NCBI GenBank assembly: GCA_002731825.1
Contig: PCCS01000017.1
Location: forward strand, 52,434 to 116,433
DNA length: 64,000 bases
Reading direction: 5' to 3'
Origin: Myxococcales bacterium
Lineage (GTDB): Bacteria > Myxococcota_A > Bradymonadia > UBA7976 > UBA1532
Positions 57,521 to 64,000 of this stretch are shown here, in pieces (position 1 is the first letter of the stretch; every line of letters starts with the position of its first letter). Position numbers and translations under genes: made by a program. A model generated the notes under the pieces. That model made no database searches. It was given only the letters and a program-made list of their open reading frames with translations, and was not told the origin of the DNA.

Positions 57521-60500
57521 CTAAGGCCTTTGCCAATGGACTCGGACTTGCTCCAGTCTGGGTTGGACTTCATCTTGCTGACGGGTCAGTCGAACCTCGA
57601 TTTCGATCCATCGATTGTACGGAGTGTACCCGCTTTCTAGGTTGGGACCAGGAATCCGCATGGGTGTCTCGAAGGCTCGAGCAGACCATGTAGCAGCACT
57701 CAATCCGGCCCGCGACGCTGCTGTTCTTACGCGGGCATCGACGAATGCATCATCTGGAAATGCACCAGCCCAGTCGACGCGGTCCCATAGAACATCATCG
57801 GATCCTCCGTTGACTTTGACGCTCCAACGACCGCTTCTCATGGTAATGTTGAGCAATTGCATGCCCGTCATATCGCTGTAGGTATATAGAGAAGGGAGCC
57901 TGGAAACGGAGCATTCGAGTAGGCCTGTGCGCGCGTTAAATCGTTTCGCGGAAGACCCTCCAACAGCCCAAATACCGTTCTCGCCATCGACTGCAACTCC
58001 GACGGCACTGGCACTGGGTACAGTCAGCAAATGCTCACCGTCCGGAGACATTTTATAGAGTGAGCCACCACCGCCCCAAATATTGCCTTCGAGGTCAACG
58101 GCCACACCGCGGGTCGTTCCACCACCATGGAAAAAAGCGTGCATCTCATGGCTCTCGCCATCAACGCGCACAAGATAGCCGGCCGGAGAGGTCACCGCGT
58201 ACCAGACATTATCGTTTCGGTCGATGGCGATACCGTAAAATCGAGCTGAGATATACTCGCCATCATTGGGTCCTCCGACGGCCAAAGCCTGACCGGGAAC
58301 TCGACCTACAATTTCACCATCACGGGTATCAATTTTGGTCGGTGAGGTCGCGGTCCAGAGAAAGCCTTTCGAATCAATTGCAGCGCCATAAGCAGGGCTT
58401 GGTAGATCCACTTCTTGCAAAATTCGGCAATCAGGGATGCCATCTACGGCATCTCCCGGCTCGACCTCGACGCCACTCACTCGATAAATTTTTCGCCTAG
58501 ACCAGCTTCCGAGCCACGCGTTGCCCTCTTGGTCGATGGCCGCGGCTCTGACCGCTACACCACCCGAGGCCGCCCCCGATGTGATGCGGGCGCGGCAAAT
58601 CAAGCTGCCATCAACATCCAGGTGGACCGCGTTCCCGTGAGAGTAGTCAGCGGCATTGCCGCCATGCATGCCCCGATTGCCAATCCAGACGCTGCCGTTT
58701 ACGGCAACCGCCGTTCGCGACGGGCTGAAACCAAAAGACGGGTGAACGTCAGCGATTTCGCAGGTCCGGGTGTCGATTTTGACCACTTCTCGATTTGTGA
58801 AGGCGGCCGCCCAAAGGTACGAATCACCTCGGACTTCCGTCGACCCCAAGGTCAGCGCATTGGGCGCCCCATCGGGTGCGATTAGATTGACAATGCTGCC
58901 AAGCTCCCAATCCTCCTGGTCGTCGAAGACCTGAGTAAAGCAGCTTTGACCACATGTGCCGCAGTAGTTCACTGTGCCTTCGTCTATTAAGCCATCGCAG
59001 TCGTTATCTTGGGTGTCGCAAACCTCTTGCGGCAAGGCACCACATTGTCCGCACGCGTTGCTGACGCCCTCGTCGGTGAGCCCATCACAATCGTTATCTT
59101 GTCCATCACAGAGTTCAACCGGTGGGCGTCCACAGGTGCCACAGGCGTTTCCGTCCGACGGGTTCTCATCGGTTCGGCCGTCACAATCATCATCGCGTCC
59201 GTTGCAAATTTCATACTGAGGCCCAACCCAGTCGCGGCAGCCGGATAGATCGCCTTGCTGAAGCATATTGCCCGGTATGCATTGAAACGTACCCATTCGA
59301 CATTCGCCAACGCCGACGGTCTCTGGCGGGCCGCCATAGCACGGCTGGGGCGGGCCTTTGACGCACCCGCAAACTTCTTCAACACGACCATCACAATCAT
59401 CATCGAAGCCATTACCACAAATCTCGACGTTGTCTTCAGCACGACAGCCACACGGACCGCGAACACCTTCATCGGCGTTGCCGTCACAATCATTATCGAT
59501 TGCGTCACAGACCTCGGCCGATGGCGTGCAAAGGGTATCTGGACAGCCTTCATCGGTCTGCCCATCACAATCATTATCGCCACCATCTCCACACACTTCT
59601 TCAGTGGGTAAGACCTCGTTGTCGCACGCCATAACCTGACCCTCTACGCAACGAGAAAAGCCGCCCATGCACAGGCCTTTTCCCAGTGTCTTGGGTAAGC
59701 CGCTATAACACGGTTGGCGACTGCGACCGCTGCAGTTACAGCCTTCATCGATGATCCCGTCACAATCGTCATCCAGACCATTTCCAAAATCGCCGTTCGG
59801 ACCGGCACAGCTCTCAGCCGGCGCAGCACCACACTCGCCACATTGATTGGTCAGAGCCTCATCTGTCAGACCATCGCAGTCGTCATCGATTCCATTACAT
59901 TGTTCGTTTTGCTCTGTGATTTGATTCATACAGCGGTTGCGCTGTCCATCGATGCAGAGCCAGTAGCCAACTCGACATATCCCGACTCCCTTTGTGCCAG
60001 GGCTACCCGTGTAACAAGACTCGGAGACCGAGTCTAGGCAGAGGCATGACTCATCGATATCACCGTCACAGTCGTTATCGATGCTGTCGCAGTACTCTTC
60101 AGGCTCCAAGCCACATTGACCACAGGCATTCAAGACCCCTTCGTCGATTTGGCCATCGCAATCATTATCGGTCAGATCACAGACTTCGGACGGGAGATCG
60201 CCGCAGGCTCCGCAGGCATTGACCACACCCTCGTCGGTTTGGCCATCGCAATCGTCATCGGTTCCATTACAGAGCTCATCAATGGGCAATCTGGATTCTT
60301 CGCAGGCACCGAGCTGGCCTCCGCGGCAGATCTGAAAGCCTTGTCGACAACGGCCAGTGCCAATGGTTTCTTGCGGACCCGGGTAACAGGGTACTGATTC
60401 ACCGTCGTTACAGCCGCAGCCTTCATCGACTTGATCATCACAATCGTTATCCGCCCCATCTCCGCACTGCTCAGTCGCGCCCGGATGCGACGCACTTCGT

Positions 60501-60736
60501 CCGTCATCGCAATCGGAGCCACGGTCGCAAAACTGTCCGTAGCCGTCACCGTCACGATCGATACATCTGGTTTGCGGCTCGTCTATGGGAGCTGCATCGG
60601 GTGCTGTCATCATGCGAAAACTGGAATCTTGCTCGTCTATCTGGGAAAGGGAGGTCGATTCGCTGGTCGAGTTTCCGCAGGCGGCAAAAGAAAGAGCCAT
60701 GACTAAACACAAGCCGGCTCGTAAACTCTGACTCAT
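57521..60736 (-). CDS. Lipoprotein with 12 MopE-type Cys repeats and a C-terminal beta-propeller/beta-sandwich head
   Basis: FAAC lipobox-like motif, 12 D-[ND]-DCD repeats, blades AVAVNGSVW/AIDQEGNAW/AVDLEGNIW and YTYSDMTG. Confidence 0.85.
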   Translation of the reverse strand: MSQSLRAGLCLVMALSFAACGNSTSESTSLSQIDEQDSSFRMMTAPDAAPIDEPQTRCIDRDGDGYGQFCDRGSDCDDGRSASHPGATEQCGDGADNDCDDQVDEGCGCNDGESVPCYPGPQETIGTGRCRQGFQICRGGQLGACEESRLPIDELCNGTDDDCDGQTDEGVVNACGACGDLPSEVCDLTDNDCDGQIDEGVLNACGQCGLEPEEYCDSIDNDCDGDIDESCLCLDSVSESCYTGSPGTKGVGICRVGYWLCIDGQRNRCMNQITEQNEQCNGIDDDCDGLTDEALTNQCGECGAAPAESCAGPNGDFGNGLDDDCDGIIDEGCNCSGRSRQPCYSGLPKTLGKGLCMGGFSRCVEGQVMACDNEVLPTEEVCGDGGDNDCDGQTDEGCPDTLCTPSAEVCDAIDNDCDGNADEGVRGPCGCRAEDNVEICGNGFDDDCDGRVEEVCGCVKGPPQPCYGGPPETVGVGECRMGTFQCIPGNMLQQGDLSGCRDWVGPQYEICNGRDDDCDGRTDENPSDGNACGTCGRPPVELCDGQDNDCDGLTDEGVSNACGQCGALPQEVCDTQDNDCDGLIDEGTVNYCGTCGQSCFTQVFDDQEDWELGSIVNLIAPDGAPNALTLGSTEVRGDSYLWAAAFTNREVVKIDTRTCEIADVHPSFGFSPSRTAVAVNGSVWIGNRGMHGGNAADYSHGNAVHLDVDGSLICRARITSGAASGGVAVRAAAIDQEGNAWLGSWSRRKIYRVSGVEVEPGDAVDGIPDCRILQEVDLPSPAYGAAIDSKGFLWTATSPTKIDTRDGEIVGRVPGQALAVGGPNDGEYISARFYGIAIDRNDNVWYAVTSPAGYLVRVDGESHEMHAFFHGGGTTRGVAVDLEGNIWGGGGSLYKMSPDGEHLLTVPSASAVGVAVDGENGIWAVGGSSAKRFNARTGLLECSVSRLPSLYTYSDMTGMQLLNITMRSGRWSVKVNGGSDDVLWDRVDWAGAFPDDAFVDARVRTAASRAGLSAATWSARAFETPMRIPGPNLESGYTPYNRWIEIEVRLTRQQDEVQPRLEQVRVHWQRP

Positions 60737-61058
60737 CTCATCTCTACCCATTTGTGGATTCCTAGCTGGACGCTTTAAACACCTAATCTGGCCAGACCAA
60801 TAAAAACAAAGATCTTACCATTAATATAGTAACAGATTTGGGGGCATTATTTGCCTATCCCTGACCTCCACTCATGTCCATGAATCCGTTGATTGAGCCG
60901 ATCGCCGCGCTCCGAGTCTGACAAAGAGAGTGAAAGCGCCCGCAGGTAAAGGGAAAATAAGACGATCTAAAAGCGAGCCCTGAAAAACCGTAAACCATTA
61001 ACTATTATTAACTTTATTAATTTTTTAAGCGGATCTAAATCTGCATAAATCTCGGCTA

Positions 61059-61075
61059 CTGACAGGTTCTGTCAG
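61059..61075. promoter_or_regulatory. Perfect palindrome CTGACAG-N3-CTGTCAG upstream of imuA
   Basis: Read directly from the sequence, in an AT-rich intergenic region. Confidence 0.5.
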
Positions 61076-61120
61076 CAGATGAAGTCTCGTGAGTGTATTT
61101 ATGGATAAACACACGATAAA

Positions 61121-61136
61121 CTGAACATATGATCAG
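61121..61136. promoter_or_regulatory. Putative LexA (SOS) box of myxobacterial type
   Basis: CTGAACATATGATCAG is one mismatch from CTGAAC-N4-GTTCAG and sits at the head of imuA-imuB-dnaE2. Confidence 0.7.
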
Positions 61137-61932
61137 TGAAAAAATCAGAAAAAAACTGTACACGACCAGGCCCATGGATCCACGTGTTCATCGATCGATG
61201 AGTCCGATTGTCGATCAACTGCTTGGTCATAGTATCACCAGTGGGGCAATGATCGAATGGACCGGAAACCGTTCATCGGGAAAAACAGGCGTTCTTTGGG
61301 TTCTTGTGGAGGGCTTGAGGGCCTCTGGATTAAACATCGCGTGGATAGATACAAAATCGACTCTATGTGCGTCTGACTGGGATACACAGCACCGTGGTCG
61401 ATTCTGGCTTATCCGTCCTCCTAAGCAGAGAGATGTCCCCTTCTGTGCAGAGCTGCTGATGCGAACCAACAGCTTTAGTTTACTCGTAATCGATGGCGTC
61501 CATTCCTTACCTATGACTCGGACACAGCGATTGAAGCGAATTGCTCGACAAACAAATACGACCGCAATTTTTGTCCACTCAACCGGCGTAAAATCACTGG
61601 CCGATGCCCAATGCCGATTTAGATTCCAGGCGTTTGTGAAAGCCCCACTGGACGCCCTCGAACAACGCGGACCGTGTACATGGTCGATTATTGGACGTCG
61701 AACTCAAACAGCCACTGCTTTACACAGTGCAAAGCTCACATTGAGTGATCAACACACCGATCGTCTGAGTTTGATCCCACTGGCAAATGATCGGTTATCA
61801 AGGGAAAAACAGACGGCCCCCAAACCTTTAAAAGAGGACGCAAAGCAATCACCAACGACAGGATCAGTCATTGAGTTGAAAACATCGGCATCGGCAAGCA
61901 ATGCAGCAAAAACCAAGAGACAATTGTCATGA
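61129..61932 (+). CDS. imuA: ImuA (RecA-like mutasome subunit), true start may be 61174
   Basis: EWTGNRSSGKT, AWID and FSLLVID RecA-fold motifs. Lies directly upstream of imuB and dnaE2. Confidence 0.8.
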   Translation: MISEKIRKKLYTTRPMDPRVHRSMSPIVDQLLGHSITSGAMIEWTGNRSSGKTGVLWVLVEGLRASGLNIAWIDTKSTLCASDWDTQHRGRFWLIRPPKQRDVPFCAELLMRTNSFSLLVIDGVHSLPMTRTQRLKRIARQTNTTAIFVHSTGVKSLADAQCRFRFQAFVKAPLDALEQRGPCTWSIIGRRTQTATALHSAKLTLSDQHTDRLSLIPLANDRLSREKQTAPKPLKEDAKQSPTTGSVIELKTSASASNAAKTKRQLS

Positions 61933-63434
61933 CGTGGCGAGTCGCCTGTGCTCTGGTTCCAGATTTCGTTGTCAACATTCTGAGTCGCCAACTGCCACTA
62001 AACCAACGTCAAATGCCGCTCGTGATCGTCGAAGCAGATCATCACCGACGAGTAAAAGACATGAATCAAGCTGCTTTTAATGAAGGCATTCGTCATGGCT
62101 ATAGCTCATCTCGTGCACGCGCTCTATGCCCAGAATTGATTTGTTTAGCATGGCAATCTGAGACCATCTCACATGAGTCAGAGAGATTAGTCGAGGCACT
62201 CTCACTTGTCTCACCGATAGTCCAGCCATTGCCCGATACCTATGGACGGTATTGGTTAGATGCACGAGGCATGTCTTTACTTGGTGGAGAAACTGCATTT
62301 GTCAGTAGAACCATTAAAACGGCTCGTCAGCTCGGCTTTGAAAACTTAAGAATAGGACTTGCTGATACACTTCAAATGGCAGAACTCTGCGCTCTTAAAA
62401 CAAGTGTAGACCACCCTTTTAGAATTATATCTACAGACGAATCAGACATGTTTATGGAGCAGTTGCCACTGGACTACATGCCCATCGATGAGGCTATGCG
62501 AGAGATTCTAAATGCACTTGGAATCAAACATGTACATGACCTGAAACGACTCCCCAAATGTGCATTAACAAGTCGGTTTGGGCACCGTGGTGCTCGAGTT
62601 TGGGACGACGCTCATAACCTGGACCCAAGGCGACTGAATCAAACCAATGAGTCCATTAACCTACAGGTAAGCATGGTCCTTGAGACCCCTGTCTCCGAGC
62701 TGGGTTCACTGATATTTGGTGTGAATCAATTAGCGGATGACCTTGGCAAAAAACTATCGGAGAGAAACCTCGCAGCCCACTGCATAGGCCTGACATTCCT
62801 ACTGGAGGATCGAAGTGAATCCACCACCCTGCTCCATCCCAGTCGGCCACTTCAGACAGGTACGAGACTTTTTGAATTGGTCAGAGACCGACTCGAGCGT
62901 CAGCAACCAGAATTGAATTCAAATGTCATTGAAGTTCGTCTGACCGCACTCGAGACAGGCCACCGGGATGCACAGCAAATCCAGATGGGGACAAGTCGCT
63001 GGGATCAAAGCGCTGTGGAGAAAGCAATGGATCGATTATCCGGGCGATTCGACGAATCGATCATTTATGAAACTCAATCTCAGCTCAGCTCTCGCCCTGA
63101 ACAAAAAGCGAGGTGGGTTCCTGTCGATCTCCATCGAAGAGACAACTTTCCATCGCCTCAAGTTCGACCCAGGGCGCGGGTGATCCGACGACAAATCCAG
63201 AAACCAGCAGAACTGCGTGTAAAGGGTCAGAGCCTAAGTGCACCTGATGCCATTGAGATCAACGGGCGCTGGCATCCATTCAATGCGTATGGTCCAGAAA
63301 GGTTATCCGGTGACTGGTGGCAATCAGAGTATGCCTATGAAGACTATCGACTCGTCACGCAAGAACACGAGGTGTTTTGGGTTCGATATCAACCCGCAGA
63401 CTCCAAATGGACCATCCAAGGTTGGTTTGATTAA
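61929..63434 (+). CDS. imuB: ImuB (catalytically inactive Y-family polymerase)
   Basis: Y-family-like N-terminus without the catalytic acidic motif (A...GIRHG....ARALCPEL, SPIVQ, WLDARG) and C-terminal GPERLSGDWW. Confidence 0.88.
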   Translation: MTWRVACALVPDFVVNILSRQLPLNQRQMPLVIVEADHHRRVKDMNQAAFNEGIRHGYSSSRARALCPELICLAWQSETISHESERLVEALSLVSPIVQPLPDTYGRYWLDARGMSLLGGETAFVSRTIKTARQLGFENLRIGLADTLQMAELCALKTSVDHPFRIISTDESDMFMEQLPLDYMPIDEAMREILNALGIKHVHDLKRLPKCALTSRFGHRGARVWDDAHNLDPRRLNQTNESINLQVSMVLETPVSELGSLIFGVNQLADDLGKKLSERNLAAHCIGLTFLLEDRSESTTLLHPSRPLQTGTRLFELVRDRLERQQPELNSNVIEVRLTALETGHRDAQQIQMGTSRWDQSAVEKAMDRLSGRFDESIIYETQSQLSSRPEQKARWVPVDLHRRDNFPSPQVRPRARVIRRQIQKPAELRVKGQSLSAPDAIEINGRWHPFNAYGPERLSGDWWQSEYAYEDYRLVTQEHEVFWVRYQPADSKWTIQGWFD

Positions 63435-63437
63435 CTC

Positions 63438-64000
63438 ATGTCAAAATTGGAATACGCAGAATTGCATTGCCACAGCGCATTTTCACTACTGGACGGCGCA
63501 TCGCAACCCGAGTCCCTCATCGATAGAGCCATCGAACTGGACTTGAAGGCGCTCGCACTCACAGACCATGACGACCTGGGAGGCATCGTCAGATTCGCCT
63601 CCCATGCAAAAGAGCGTGGGAACTACCCTGCAATTATTGGTGTAGAGTTGACCCTCGTTGACGGGGATAGAGAGCAACATCTCACTTTGCTCTCAAGAAC
63701 CCGTGATGGGTATTTAAACCTCAGTAAACTTGTCGGAATCGGACGGGCCTCTGCAAACCGTGGTCGACCTGGTGTCACGCTGCAAACGCTTCAGTCTCAT
63801 TATAAAGGGCTCTTATGCCTAAGTGGATGCCCCCATGGAGCCGTAACTCAAGCCATTGCCCGTGGAGATCAGCTCAAGGCCCGCCGTAGCTGCCAGGATT
63901 TGAGAGAGATTTTTGGCGAACACTTCGCCATCGAAGTCATGGACCACGGCCTGCCAGAAGAATCATTATGGGCTAAAGAGCTGGTGTCGCTCGCCTGTGA
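63438..64000 (+). CDS. dnaE2: Error-prone DNA polymerase III alpha subunit (ImuC), 3'-truncated by the window edge
   Basis: Hand translation gives MSKLEYAELHCHSAFSLLDGASQPESLIDRAIELDLKALALTDHDDLGGIVRF (PHP domain). It starts 3 nt after the imuB stop. Confidence 0.92.
   Translation, partial: MSKLEYAELHCHSAFSLLDGASQPESLIDRAIELDLKALALTDHDDLGGIVRFASHAKERGNYPAIIGVELTLVDGDREQHLTLLSRTRDGYLNLSKLVGIGRASANRGRPGVTLQTLQSHYKGLLCLSGCPHGAVTQAIARGDQLKARRSCQDLREIFGEHFAIEVMDHGLPEESLWAKELVSLAC

Noticed and set aside
61156-61169. CTGTACACGACCAG as a second SOS box
   Set aside because: The CTG-to-CAG spacing is two bases short and the right half-site is poor.

Overview
A gene-dense chromosomal window of about 47 CDSs. 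The gene content points to a Myxococcota-type bacterium (inference): Hanks kinases, an FHA-sigma54 activator, Cys-rich MopE-repeat lipoproteins, a DUF1552/DUF1592 pair and an imuA-imuB-dnaE2 cassette. I found no rRNA, tRNA, CRISPR array, transposase or prophage. Recognisable genes are ettA, hflX, asnS, aidB, cystathionine beta-synthase and gamma-lyase, srkA, phosphatidylcholine synthase, a long-chain acyl-CoA ligase and an acyl-CoA dehydrogenase. The strongest leads are mostly missing from, or mis-started in, the ORF track: (1) a 43-aa, extremely basic ORF upstream of ettA with its own ribosomal-type promoter; (2) hflX apparently starting at a CTG codon, 35 codons upstream of the called start; (3) a co-oriented pcs, GlpT-like transporter and HAD phosphatase run that may be a phospholipid head-group salvage route; (4) a stand-alone Npt/TLC-like transporter coupled to an amino-acid permease; (5) two different palindromes in front of imuA; (6) several large envelope proteins of unfamiliar architecture. 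All family assignments come from motif recognition by eye; no database search was run.
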